Shown here in pieces: positions 36,976 through 46,715 of a stretch of 51,275 nt of DNA. The stretch is from a virus (Duplodnaviria; Caudoviricetes), in IMG/VR virus record IMGVR_UViG_3300030107_006445, positions 1 to 51,275 of that record; one strand, 5' to 3'. The translations under genes and the position numbers were made by a program. A model generated the notes under the pieces. The model did not search any database. It had not been told where the DNA came from and worked only from the letters and a program-made list of their open reading frames with translations. Numbering within the stretch: position 1 is the first letter of the stretch; each line of letters begins with the position of its first letter.

Positions 36976-37773
36976 ATGGAATTAAGTTGGGCAGACGAAA
37001 CAAAAGAAGCATATATCTCTCTTAAAGCAATCATGAACAATGGTGGGTATTTTAAGTCTTATAAGCAAGGCCAGTTCTTGCTAAAGAAAGCCAAGAAAAC
37101 TTTCAAACAAGCAGATGGCATTTGGTCCCTCTCACCAATCAAGATCGTTACCAGTGATGATCCCTCTATTCTAGGTATGGAGATTAAAAAGGGACAGACT
37201 GGGATTTGGTTACAAGCCATAATTGGTGAAGGAAGCTGGGAAAATGGCGGATGGGGAAGACGAGCAAGGACAATAGGTTGGATGTTTGTGATGGACGAGT
37301 TTGGTGTAGAAAGAATGTACAAAGTGAAATTTAACCACAAATTGGAAGGCAACCTCAATCCCACAGCGAGAGAATCTGTCCTTCAATTCACCAGAGAAGA
37401 TTCCGACACCAGCCGTTTAGAAGCTGAAAAAGAAATATACAATAACGGAGCTGATCTTTCAGAAAACAGAGCCGTTTCCAAGTATGTTGGATCCGTTGGC
37501 GACCGAGTCGAGTTGGAAGGTGATTTGGAGTACGTCACTTCTGTGGAAACAAAATTTGGTACGAGCAATTTGTTCTTAATCACAGACAGCCAAGGCAATG
37601 TCTACAAGTATTTTGGAAAAAACTTATTGGATGTGGCAATAAGCTCTTGCTCGAAAGAATACAAAATCGAAGCTCGGTTCACAATTAAGAAGCACGAAGA
37701 ATACAGAGGGCAAAAACAAACCATTATCAATCGGCCAGCAAAAATAAAAGTGTTTACTTCTCTGGCCAGATAA
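36976..37773 (+). CDS. Hypothetical protein with C-terminal OB-fold-like domain
   Basis: YVGSVGDR..FG...D..GN..K..H.EYRG.KQT...R pattern. Confidence 0.55.
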   Translation: MELSWADETKEAYISLKAIMNNGGYFKSYKQGQFLLKKAKKTFKQADGIWSLSPIKIVTSDDPSILGMEIKKGQTGIWLQAIIGEGSWENGGWGRRARTIGWMFVMDEFGVERMYKVKFNHKLEGNLNPTARESVLQFTREDSDTSRLEAEKEIYNNGADLSENRAVSKYVGSVGDRVELEGDLEYVTSVETKFGTSNLFLITDSQGNVYKYFGKNLLDVAISSCSKEYKIEARFTIKKHEEYRGQKQTIINRPAKIKVFTSLAR

Positions 37774-37800
37774 GATATACTATATGAAATTGAGAAAGGA
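37753..37800 (+). promoter_or_regulatory. Repeated phage promoter + RBS, embedded in the upstream CDS end
   Basis: TTTACT-17-TATACT ... AGAAAGGA; spacer holds palindrome TCTGGCCAGA. Confidence 0.78.
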
Positions 37801-37807
37801 ACATAAA

Positions 37808-38005
37808 ATGGTATATTGTGATTTCATAGCGTTCAAAATCCTTGAGAATTTGAAAACTGCAAAACTAAATTTTCAGCCATTGCAAGTCAGCAAAATTTAT
37901 TTTGATCTGAACACAGATGGCTCTTTTAGATCAACAACCAAAACAATATTCGTAAAAGACAGCAATGGAACAGCGTATAAAATTCAAGTCGAGGAGCTGA
38001 GATAA
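37808..38005 (+). CDS. Hypothetical protein
   Basis: ATG 37808 after RBS. Confidence 0.6.
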   Translation: MVYCDFIAFKILENLKTAKLNFQPLQVSKIYFDLNTDGSFRSTTKTIFVKDSNGTAYKIQVEELR

Positions 38006-38517
38006 TGTTAGAACAAAAACACACCCCAGAAGGAAGAGCGATCACCGATTGGCACGGAAAGCAAAGAATAACATGGTGTGGTCCGTATGCCATCGCCACC
38101 GTTTCCGGAACAGCTTACGAACCTGCATACCAAGCAGCAAAAAGAGCACGAGGCAAACGGCATGCCAAAGGAATCACTTGCAGAAATTTGAAAGACGCAT
38201 GTGCTAGTCTTGGAGTTAATGGAACATGGAAGATGCTTTCCAAGAAAAGGGCATTGCGCAAGTTCATCGAAGAATCTTTAATGCCTAATGAGGTCTATGT
38301 GGTCAACATCACAAAACACTTCATCGTCATAGACACTCGCGACTGGACAACAATAGACAACCAGTCACTAGGTTGGTGCGCTGTAGAAAACAGCAAGCAC
38401 AAAAACAAGATGGTTCATGGATATTTCAAAGTTGAAAATCCGAATTTCGAGCCAAGTCACCAAAACAGAGATTTCAGAGACCAACAAGCTGAAATGAACT
38501 TCAAAGGAGGAGAGTAA
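38005..38517 (+). CDS. Possible papain-fold (C39-like) cysteine peptidase
   Basis: WCGPYAIA ... KHFIVID ... IDN as putative C-H-D triad. Confidence 0.45.
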   Translation: MLEQKHTPEGRAITDWHGKQRITWCGPYAIATVSGTAYEPAYQAAKRARGKRHAKGITCRNLKDACASLGVNGTWKMLSKKRALRKFIEESLMPNEVYVVNITKHFIVIDTRDWTTIDNQSLGWCAVENSKHKNKMVHGYFKVENPNFEPSHQNRDFRDQQAEMNFKGGE

Positions 38518-38756
38518 TGTTGTTAGGCAGATACACCCCATACAAAGGATACGTCTATTCCCCACAAGACGAAGACGAGGAAGATGTACGGAAAATTTTC
38601 CATCTCTTTTATAAAGAGGAGGAGATGCAAAAAGCTCGTGATGAAAGCAGATTCCCCACGGTTGAGTTTGAACTAGACTACACCCCATATCAATATCTTT
38701 CAATGGAGCAATTCAAGAAAGCAGTTGACAGCTATGAAGATAAGCAAAGCAAATAA
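38517..38756 (+). CDS. Hypothetical protein
   Basis: 79 aa, TAATG coupling. Confidence 0.55.
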   Translation: MLLGRYTPYKGYVYSPQDEDEEDVRKIFHLFYKEEEMQKARDESRFPTVEFELDYTPYQYLSMEQFKKAVDSYEDKQSK

Positions 38757-40437
38757 AAGATATTGTTTGGCTGAGTTTGAGTTTATCAACAGCGACATAA
38801 CAGCAAAAGTTCAGTCTCTCCCTTCATTTAAAAAATGGAAGGGGAGGCAACTTATTTTCGACCCCACTGGTGCAAACATAAACAGAATATGTCGCTACTG
38901 GCCGGATGCTGAGTGGGATGACGAGTCTGCCGAGATTCTTAACAGATACATAAAGTCTCTCAACGAGGCAGAAAAAGTCCGTAAAGAGAAAAAAGAAGAA
39001 CCTCCTCAAAAAGACGATTTCAACTTCAAAACAAAACCTTTCGAACACCAACGCAAAGCATTCTATCTATCCAGAGACAGGAAAAACTTTGCTTTGCTGA
39101 TGGAGCAGGGAACAGGTAAGACAAAAGTTATCATAGACAACGCTGCTTATCTTTACGGCAAAGGCGACATAACAGCTCTTGTCGTTATAGCTCCAAATGG
39201 CGTACATCGTAACTGGCTAGACAGAGAGCTACCTGCTCATATGCCTGATTGGTGTGAGTATAAATCTATTCATTATTATTCGGGCATGGACAAAAAACAC
39301 AAAGAACGATTTAATGACCTGCTGGGAGAAACGCAAGTCCTAAAAGTTTTCGCTTTTAACGTAGAAGCATTTGTGAGCAAGGTTGCTTTATCATACATGA
39401 CCAAGATTCTAATAAGCAACAAACCATTCTTAATAGTTGACGAAAGTTCAAGAATAAAATCTCCATCAGCCAAACGAACAAAAGAGATAACTAAGTTTGC
39501 AAGATACGCACCTTACAAAAGAATCTTAACAGGTACACCAATCACAAAAGGACCACAAGACGTCTACAGCCAGTTCAAGTTTCTAGACCCAAACATATTA
39601 GGATACGACTCGTTCTATTCTTTCCGTTCAAGATATTGCATCATGGGTGGTTACGAAAACAGGCAGATTGTGTCATATAGAAACATGCCAGAATTGACCA
39701 GAAACATAGAAGGGCACTCATTCAGAGTTCTTAAATCAGAGTGCCTAGACTTGCCCAAGAAAATATATCAAAGGCATTATGTAGAGATGAGCAAAAAACA
39801 AGCCGCACTCTACAAGCAAATGAAAAAGCAATGCATAGCCGAACTGAATGGAGAAACAATCAGCGCACCAGAAACCATAACTAGGATGCTACGCATGCAA
39901 CAAATACTTTGCGGTTGGTTTCCTGCTGAGTCGAAGGCTGTACCAATCGACCCAAAAAACCCAAGAATCGAGGCTCTAAAAGAAATACTCTCCAGTATAT
40001 CTTCTAAGGTCATCATATGGGCACGTTTTAAGGCAGATATTAGAGCCATAGGAGCTGTTTTAGGAGACGAGGCTGTAAGTTATTACGGTGATGTGAAAAC
40101 GGATGATAGAACACAAGCGGTGGACCTTTTCCAGAACGATCCGAGTGTTAGATTTTTCATCGGACAGCCTCAATCCGGAGGAATTGGGTTGACGTTGACT
40201 GCGGCTGAATATGCTATTTATTATTCCAACTCGTTCGACCTTGAGTCCAGATTACAGTCTGAAGACAGGTGCCACAGAATTGGAACCAAAACGAATGTTA
40301 CTTACATAGACATAGAAACCCCAAAAACAATAGACACTCAAATAATCAAAGCTCTGCGCAACAAGAAAAACCTAGCAGACGTTGTGACCAGAGACCCTAT
40401 GTCTATATTTATGGAGGAAGAGGGGAGTGCAAAATAG
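38734..40437 (+). CDS. SNF2-like SF2 helicase/ATPase
   Basis: MEQGTGKT, VDES, LTGTP, GIGLTL, QSEDRCHRIG. Confidence 0.92.
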   Translation: MKISKANKRYCLAEFEFINSDITAKVQSLPSFKKWKGRQLIFDPTGANINRICRYWPDAEWDDESAEILNRYIKSLNEAEKVRKEKKEEPPQKDDFNFKTKPFEHQRKAFYLSRDRKNFALLMEQGTGKTKVIIDNAAYLYGKGDITALVVIAPNGVHRNWLDRELPAHMPDWCEYKSIHYYSGMDKKHKERFNDLLGETQVLKVFAFNVEAFVSKVALSYMTKILISNKPFLIVDESSRIKSPSAKRTKEITKFARYAPYKRILTGTPITKGPQDVYSQFKFLDPNILGYDSFYSFRSRYCIMGGYENRQIVSYRNMPELTRNIEGHSFRVLKSECLDLPKKIYQRHYVEMSKKQAALYKQMKKQCIAELNGETISAPETITRMLRMQQILCGWFPAESKAVPIDPKNPRIEALKEILSSISSKVIIWARFKADIRAIGAVLGDEAVSYYGDVKTDDRTQAVDLFQNDPSVRFFIGQPQSGGIGLTLTAAEYAIYYSNSFDLESRLQSEDRCHRIGTKTNVTYIDIETPKTIDTQIIKALRNKKNLADVVTRDPMSIFMEEEGSAK

Positions 40438-40765
40438 TTTAAAGATAAAAGTGACTCCTCGGTTTTTGCAGAATCTTCTAGCAAGGCAGTATGAGCGTTG
40501 CCAAAACATAGCGTATTGGCGAGAGCTTAATATGGAAACAGGGCCAGTGTTCACAGAGTTCGGAGATCGCTATGAAACGCAAATAGAAATACGAGATGAA
40601 GACGAGCTTTGGGAAATGTATCAAGTCTGCAAAATAACTTCAACGAATTGCAGGCTAGACACATGGAACGCAGCTCAAAGAGTCATGGCAGAGATTGAGG
40701 AGTTTGCATTCTGTGAAGGGATTGCACCAGATATGTTTGTACGAATTAGAGAGGAGGGAAAATGA
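40427..40765 (+). CDS. Hypothetical protein
   Basis: 112 aa, overlaps both neighbours. Confidence 0.55.
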   Translation: MQNSLKIKVTPRFLQNLLARQYERCQNIAYWRELNMETGPVFTEFGDRYETQIEIRDEDELWEMYQVCKITSTNCRLDTWNAAQRVMAEIEEFAFCEGIAPDMFVRIREEGK

Positions 40766-41172
40766 CAGAACACAATTTTTGGAGATACATAAGATCAAAC
40801 CTAAACATAACAACTTACCGAGTAGAGAATAAGGTTATGGTTGGTATGCCGGACGTTCACTATTTACACGAAGGAACCTCTGGCTGGATAGAATTAAAGT
40901 TCATCAGCGACTGGCCTAAAAAAAGAATGACAACAGGCTTAATGCTTACACAAGCAATGTGGTTAGAAGAATATTCTTTAAATGGTGGGAATAGCTGGAT
41001 TATGTTCAGGATTGCCAGAGACTTTGCAGGACTTATAAACGGCAGAGATGCAATGAAAGTTTATGAAAGACCGTCTAGGTCTGCTTTTATGGGAATGTTG
41101 CATTGGCAAGCATCAGGTAATTTACAAGAAGAAGACTGGGAAAATCTAAAAAGAACGCTTTGCAACTTATGA
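40762..41172 (+). CDS. PD-(D/E)xK nuclease (VRR-NUC/Holliday junction resolvase-like)
   Basis: E..F, RVEN...GMPDV, WIELK, Q..W. Confidence 0.75.
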   Translation: MTEHNFWRYIRSNLNITTYRVENKVMVGMPDVHYLHEGTSGWIELKFISDWPKKRMTTGLMLTQAMWLEEYSLNGGNSWIMFRIARDFAGLINGRDAMKVYERPSRSAFMGMLHWQASGNLQEEDWENLKRTLCNL

Positions 41173-41342
41173 AGAAAAAACCGCCACTATATTATGTTGT
41201 CTTGCACGCCATCAAGGCTTATGAACAAGCCAACTTCACCGAATACAGAAAAGCAAAAGAAGCAAAAGACCAAAAACTAAGGAGAGAAAAAGGACTGGGA
41301 GTTACCTCCCAGCCAAACCCTAAAGAAAGCTCAGGAGGTTAA
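41169..41342 (+). CDS. Hypothetical protein
   Basis: ATGA overlap with the nuclease; 3' end crosses terminator hairpins. Confidence 0.35.
   Translation: MKKKPPLYYVVLHAIKAYEQANFTEYRKAKEAKDQKLRREKGLGVTSQPNPKESSGG
41287..41314 (-). terminator. Intrinsic terminator of the right-hand structural operon
   Basis: Minus strand GGCTGGGAG-GTAA-CTCCCAGTCC-TTTTT at the strand convergence. Confidence 0.75.
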
Positions 41343-41388
41343 GCTCCTCTAGGAAAAAGATTTAAAAGTTTGCAAGACTTGGCGTCTG

Positions 41389-41850
41389 TCATTTTATTAG
41401 TAACGACATTCCGCCAGCAATCAGTGCTATGCCAACAGCAAGAACTGCCGCGCCGATCATCATCTCCTGCATCTGCCTTTTCGCTCTGCGTCGCCTGAAC
41501 TCCTCCTGTTCCCTAGCCTGTATAATCTTCTTCTCTGTCGCCACAAACTCAAGGTAGACGGATCTACCGTGGGTGAGCATGAGCATTGTACGAATCTCGG
41601 TACGCATCCGTTTTTCGGCTTGTCGTGCGGCAACGGCTTTTAATGCTAACTGGGCTGGATCGCCTGTTGCTTTAGCGTACCAAGGTGGATTTTCTGCTTC
41701 CCTACACCCTTCTTTAAGATCCGCAATGCTGGAGTACCACTTTCCCATCTGAAGTGCGATACCCTCTACATCTTGCCCCATCTCAACCGCTTTCTTTATT
41801 CCTTTGAAAGCTACGTTGGCGGCAGATAGAGCGGCAGCGATCTCAAGCAT
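41389..41850 (-). CDS. Coiled-coil protein with C-terminal transmembrane helix
   Basis: 153 aa; hydrophobic C-terminus. Confidence 0.65.
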   Translation of the reverse strand: MLEIAAALSAANVAFKGIKKAVEMGQDVEGIALQMGKWYSSIADLKEGCREAENPPWYAKATGDPAQLALKAVAARQAEKRMRTEIRTMLMLTHGRSVYLEFVATEKKIIQAREQEEFRRRRAKRQMQEMMIGAAVLAVGIALIAGGMSLLIK

Positions 41851-41887
41851 TTTGGCTTCTCAGGGCAGCCTGTTTGAAAGGACTACG

Positions 41888-44224
41888 TCAAGGAAGCCCA
41901 ACAACTTCAATTATTTTATTAGCAGTGTTTTCGTCAATCGAGTTTATAAGAATGTTCATAGATTCAACATTAGGCATCCCAGACCCATCCTCCAAATACT
42001 CTTCTTGAAGAGGTGGTCTTAAAGCCGCAGTCACTGCTTGGCCAAAAAGTGGGGAGGCATTATCATAAAGCAAATGCTGGCTCACTGCTTCTTCAGCGAC
42101 CTGCTTGGCAGTAGTTTTTACTGTTGCATCTTCTATGGTGCTGGCAATAACTTTTACTCCAGGAATTCTTTTGCCTATTGGCAGTGTTATAAACCCCATA
42201 GCTCCTAATGCAGAAAGAGTGCTGTATCCTGTTCCAGAGGGATTTAACTTTATCTCTGCCCATAGAGTTTTTGCAACTTTTGCTCTAAAGTCGGATAACA
42301 ATTTAAGCTCGTCATCGCTGAAAAATTCTCTTATGATATATCTTTGTTTGAAAAAAACTTCGTTGAAGTTCCTTACAACTTGACTTCTTGTTATGTCGTT
42401 TTTCGTTCCAACGAATGCCTTATGTAAAATAGCATTCCTCATCAATCCCATAACCCGATTATAATCTTCGGGAGGAAGGTTGTTTTTTAATTTTTTGATC
42501 GCTAATTTAATTCCCGAATTTGGAGCAAATTTTGCAGCACCGAAAAGTTTATTAACAACATCAACTGGATTCGCATTTCCGTCTGTCAAAAGTTTAAGAA
42601 CGGCATTGGCGTTTGTTTCGGTTGTTAGTTTTGTTTTGGATCCAGCTTTGCCTGACAGCTCCACATAACTTTTCCAGAAGCCAGAAGCCTTCTGTAAATC
42701 TTTTATTACTTCTTGATCTCCACTGGCAAGCCCTCTTTCAACCGAATTGTAAAAGTTTTCTTTGAATGATCGCTCTAATCTTTCTAATATCCTGCGCTCT
42801 GAAGAACCTGCTTCAGCATTTCTCGCGATATTGCCCAAAGACTTCTGTCTATTGAAAATCTCGTTAAAATTGGTGGGACCAATCTCTCCCTCCTCGACTC
42901 TTTTTAAGATGTTTTGAACTTCTTTTAAATATCGCTGCAAAGAAGGCATTTGCTCTATCGCCGAATCAAATTCTTTGCCTGTTAGTTGGCTTGCAGGAAA
43001 TTCCTGACGAAGGAGGTCTTCTTGTTTTCGGTAAAGGTCTTGTATCCCATCTGCATCAAAAGTCGGGGAGTTTGGGGCTGCTTTAACACCTTCGTAAAGG
43101 TCATCGGCTTGCTGCTTTAATCGAGATACTGCTGTACCAACCGTTTGTTGCATCAAATAGGCGTCTTCTACAGCATCCTCAGTTCTTTCACCAGAGATAT
43201 TTTCCTGTAGCTTTCTTCCGGAAGTTCTCACCTGTTCAAGCTGACGCTCATCAAAATCTCTTATCTTAGAGACTGCTGGGCCAAAAAGATTTTCATCTCC
43301 ATAACGCAACCGATCTTCTTCCTGCAACTGCGAAGACATTTTTGAAGCATCCCAAGGAACGCCATCTGTTTCCGGAGCAGGAGAGGTTCGTTGTCCTTTT
43401 GTGAGTTGAATATCTTTATCAGTAACAGACTCTCTTCCTAGCTCCTCAAACTTCTCCGAAACTTTTCGCTTGGCAGTCTCTGCAGCTTCCCCAAAGCCTC
43501 TGAAGGTTTCGCTTGTTATCTCAGGAATTTCTTTAATAATGTTGGAAAGGTCTTGCCAATATGGTCTTACAGCAGCACTGACGAATTTGCCAACAATAGG
43601 CAACGTCGCTTCAATAGAAGCACTCGCTAAACCTGTAGATCCAGCTCCAGCAGCTTTATCAAAAAGCCATTTTTGATCTTTGACTTCGGCAGTCTCCGGA
43701 GCCAAAAGTTCTTCTACGAACTTCATGGATGCTTCGGTCGCGCTGTAAATTGCAGTGCCTCCGAGGACTTTCGATGTGAAAGTCGGCAACTTAGTAACAA
43801 CTGTTCCTGGAAGAGCATAAGCACCAAGCTCTCCGGTAAACGTCATAACGTCTTGCTCTGAAAATCCTGGCTTGTTAACATAATAGGGCTGCTTTTCCCA
43901 AATTATCATAGGATGGTTGTGCTTGTCCTTAAAAAGGCCACCCCATCTTTCGTCTCCTGCGTAATTGTTTTTTAGTATTTCAGCTTTCGACCAAGAATCG
44001 TGAGCAACAATAGTTTTCAAGTCAGCTATGTTGCTGACCTTGTCCCATAAAGGACGCTCGATTTCAGTCACTTCACCAATAGAAGGAAACTCTGCTTCAT
44101 CCCCATATGGTTGTTTGGCAGATTCGTAATCAGCTGGAGTTATTCCTTTGAGCACGTCTTCAAGCGGAGTGTCTAGTCCATCTACCGGCAGCACGTCTTC
44201 AAGCGGAGTGTCTAGTTCACTCAT
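41888..44224 (-). CDS. Putative large internal virion/DNA ejection protein
   Basis: 778 aa helical; NPSGT motif; last of the post-nozzle cluster. Confidence 0.6.
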   Translation of the reverse strand: MSELDTPLEDVLPVDGLDTPLEDVLKGITPADYESAKQPYGDEAEFPSIGEVTEIERPLWDKVSNIADLKTIVAHDSWSKAEILKNNYAGDERWGGLFKDKHNHPMIIWEKQPYYVNKPGFSEQDVMTFTGELGAYALPGTVVTKLPTFTSKVLGGTAIYSATEASMKFVEELLAPETAEVKDQKWLFDKAAGAGSTGLASASIEATLPIVGKFVSAAVRPYWQDLSNIIKEIPEITSETFRGFGEAAETAKRKVSEKFEELGRESVTDKDIQLTKGQRTSPAPETDGVPWDASKMSSQLQEEDRLRYGDENLFGPAVSKIRDFDERQLEQVRTSGRKLQENISGERTEDAVEDAYLMQQTVGTAVSRLKQQADDLYEGVKAAPNSPTFDADGIQDLYRKQEDLLRQEFPASQLTGKEFDSAIEQMPSLQRYLKEVQNILKRVEEGEIGPTNFNEIFNRQKSLGNIARNAEAGSSERRILERLERSFKENFYNSVERGLASGDQEVIKDLQKASGFWKSYVELSGKAGSKTKLTTETNANAVLKLLTDGNANPVDVVNKLFGAAKFAPNSGIKLAIKKLKNNLPPEDYNRVMGLMRNAILHKAFVGTKNDITRSQVVRNFNEVFFKQRYIIREFFSDDELKLLSDFRAKVAKTLWAEIKLNPSGTGYSTLSALGAMGFITLPIGKRIPGVKVIASTIEDATVKTTAKQVAEEAVSQHLLYDNASPLFGQAVTAALRPPLQEEYLEDGSGMPNVESMNILINSIDENTANKIIEVVGLP
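44151..44216. repeat. 27-bp exact direct repeat (LDTPLEDVL x2)
   Basis: AGCACGTCTTCAAGCGGAGTGTCTAGT at 44151 and 44190. Confidence 0.85.
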
Positions 44225-45407
44225 CTTTCAAATACCATTTGTCCAGAGCTCTTACCTGATATTTTGTGTCAAGTTCAGCACCTCTTTGCCTCAGGAGGGC
44301 TTGTCTGCCAGCAGGATCTAATCTATTGTACTTTGCTATAAACTCAGGATCGCGCTTTATTTGCTCAAACTCTTCGCTCGCTTTGTTTCTTATGTAGTCT
44401 CTGAACTGAGTATTAAACTCAGGTGTTTTCCTCCATTCCCGCTGCAGATTTTGAGAAGACTCTATAGAGTCGTACCATGCTTCGCCTTTTGCATCCCTAT
44501 ATTCTCGAGCAAAATCTCCAAAAGCACTCTGTCTTTCAGCAGCAAAAGTCATCATTTGTATAAGCAGTCTGTTTCCGTCTGTGGTTCGCGATAGCTGAGG
44601 TGCTATGGATTCCAAAAAATTCAATTCTTTCTCAGATATAGCACCAGTCATTTTTTTAACTGAAGCAAGAACTATCTCATTAGCTTTTGATCGGAATACG
44701 TCTCTGTCGCGCAGATCTGCTTTGTCTACATTTATTCCAAGCTCCCCTCCTATTCTCCGGAAAGGCTCGAAAAATTCGCTGACTGGGCCAGTTTCTCCTA
44801 TTCTTTCTAAGAGAGTAGCCATGTCTTTCAAAGATTGAAGTGTTTCGCCAGCTTGTCTTGCGTTACCGATCTGTTCTGCGATGTCATCTGCCAGAACAGT
44901 ACCAACTCTTTGTTTGTAACTTTTGTCTCCTCCCAAATCTATAGAAGTTGAAGCTGAGGAAGGACCAGTAAATGTTTTTAGTACTGTCCCGTCCGGTCTA
45001 TAAACCGTCCACTCAAACATTGGTTTACCGTCCGGACCAAGTATAGGTTCCCCTGCATCGTCTGTCGCCATTCCTGTTTTTACAGTTTTGGGAGTCCCTT
45101 CTTTGGGCTTCATTAGTGAAGCAATCTGTAAGCCAATCAGAGGCTCCTGTTGTTTCCTCTGTTTTTCTTTAAGAGCGTGTTTTTCTAGATATTTAGCTGG
45201 GGCTGAGAGTGCGCTTGTCGCCGACCCAAAAGCTGTTGCTCCTGGTCTTGAGGCTTCTTCGCCCATTTTCGAGAAATATTGAAGAGCCAGCAACGGAAGA
45301 TCCGGAGGAGCTTCTGGTCTTGATATAACCTTTGCCAACTTCATAGCCTGTTCAAAGTCTGTCTTACCGAGATTGGCTAGTGCTCCTGTTGTTGTTGGTA
45401 ATGCCAT
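44217..45407 (-). CDS. Putative ejection protein
   Basis: GAISEKE..FL....P.L..T..GN motif; N-terminal GALANL. Confidence 0.6.
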   Translation of the reverse strand: MALPTTTGALANLGKTDFEQAMKLAKVISRPEAPPDLPLLALQYFSKMGEEASRPGATAFGSATSALSAPAKYLEKHALKEKQRKQQEPLIGLQIASLMKPKEGTPKTVKTGMATDDAGEPILGPDGKPMFEWTVYRPDGTVLKTFTGPSSASTSIDLGGDKSYKQRVGTVLADDIAEQIGNARQAGETLQSLKDMATLLERIGETGPVSEFFEPFRRIGGELGINVDKADLRDRDVFRSKANEIVLASVKKMTGAISEKELNFLESIAPQLSRTTDGNRLLIQMMTFAAERQSAFGDFAREYRDAKGEAWYDSIESSQNLQREWRKTPEFNTQFRDYIRNKASEEFEQIKRDPEFIAKYNRLDPAGRQALLRQRGAELDTKYQVRALDKWYLKDE

Positions 45408-45420
45408 TTATAAAGCTCCT

Positions 45421-46287
45421 CTATGCTTTAGCAAGTGCATATGCACTACCCAAAGTCCCCAGTGCACCGATCGTTTGCCCATAGATGCTAGGCTGTGGCA
45501 TAAATTGATTGGCCAGCTGCATACCATATTGCGAAGTGTCGTACGGCAATCCCTCTAGTGCACCCATAGCAAAGTTCAACTGCTGGTAAGGATATTGGCG
45601 TTGATCTGTGTAATCGGAATACGCCATGTCTAAAGCTCTTTGATCCAGAACTCTTCGGGCTTCACCTGCCGTTATTAAACCTGCTGCTGCTTGCTGTTGT
45701 AAATCTTGCACCAACGGAGCAAAAGTTTGCATCTGAGCAGCTCGTTGCTGAGCAAGTCCTAATCCTTGCATTGCTGCTCGGCTACGAACGTCTCCCATTG
45801 CCTGCATTGCCTGCCCAGTGGTTTCTCCTTCTCTTAGCCCTAATCTGCTCCCGCCAAACGCACCCGCTCTAGCTGCTGCTGCACGATTTGTGACTTGATC
45901 TCGCTCTAGTTGTTCTCGGATTTCTCTTATCGCTGGATCTGCTGCTGCCTGAGCAATGTCTATATAAGGCTGAGACTCGGTTATGTTGGAGGTTGCATCC
46001 CATGCTGCATCTAAATAGGGCTGATAGCCAGTGCTGGCGTCTCGCAATATGCTGTGTGCTTCTCGCTCGTCCGCAGTTAATTTTAATGGATTTCCACTAG
46101 CATCAGTTCCATAAGTCGCTATCCGTGGGCCAGTATAAGCCGGATATGGGGAACTGGCTAACTCTGCAGCCTCTCCATAAAGTTGCTGGCCAGCTGCAGA
46201 AACCCAACTAGGGATTTGAGTCCCTGCAATCGTTTCTGTAGGATCTGGAAGAACATCAACTCCGCTTTCAAACAGTCCGCTTCCCAT
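45421..46287 (-). CDS. Putative DNA pilot/ejection protein
   Basis: A/Q/G-rich; AGAFGGSR motif; hydrophobic Gly-rich C-terminus. Confidence 0.65.
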   Translation of the reverse strand: MGSGLFESGVDVLPDPTETIAGTQIPSWVSAAGQQLYGEAAELASSPYPAYTGPRIATYGTDASGNPLKLTADEREAHSILRDASTGYQPYLDAAWDATSNITESQPYIDIAQAAADPAIREIREQLERDQVTNRAAAARAGAFGGSRLGLREGETTGQAMQAMGDVRSRAAMQGLGLAQQRAAQMQTFAPLVQDLQQQAAAGLITAGEARRVLDQRALDMAYSDYTDQRQYPYQQLNFAMGALEGLPYDTSQYGMQLANQFMPQPSIYGQTIGALGTLGSAYALAKA

Positions 46288-46688
46288 TAAACTATCCCGC
46301 CTAATGCGCCCATTTCATCTGCCGGCATTCCTTCATCACCAATCATGTCTATAATAGACTGGAGTTCCGGAAGTAGTTTCACCAGAGCTTTAGCAACATC
46401 AGGAGTTATAGCAGCATCCAAAAGCTCTAAATCTTCTGGAGCCATCGCTGATAACCTAGTGGCAATAATAGCTGTCACATCAGGATCTGGAGCCATCATA
46501 GCTTCTGTTGCAATAGATTCTGGAGCCAGCTCTGGCGGCATCGCTTGTGGCGGTAACGCACCTTGCATCTCTGGCGGCATCGCCTCGGGTGGCATCGCTT
46601 GTGGCGGCATCGCACCTTGCATCTCTGGCGGCATCGCCTCGGGTGGCATTGGAGCCATCATATCTTGTTCTGCCATTTCAACCTCCAT
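46287..46688 (-). CDS. Met/Pro-rich acidic protein
   Basis: MPP repeats; ends MGALGGIV. Confidence 0.6.
   Translation of the reverse strand: MEVEMAEQDMMAPMPPEAMPPEMQGAMPPQAMPPEAMPPEMQGALPPQAMPPELAPESIATEAMMAPDPDVTAIIATRLSAMAPEDLELLDAAITPDVAKALVKLLPELQSIIDMIGDEGMPADEMGALGGIV
46531..46650. repeat. Coding tandem repeat (MPPEA/MPPQA/MPPEMQGA)
   Basis: Repeated GGCGGCATCGC units. Confidence 0.85.
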
Positions 46689-46715
46689 TAAAAAACATTA
46701 TACCTTATTTACAAA

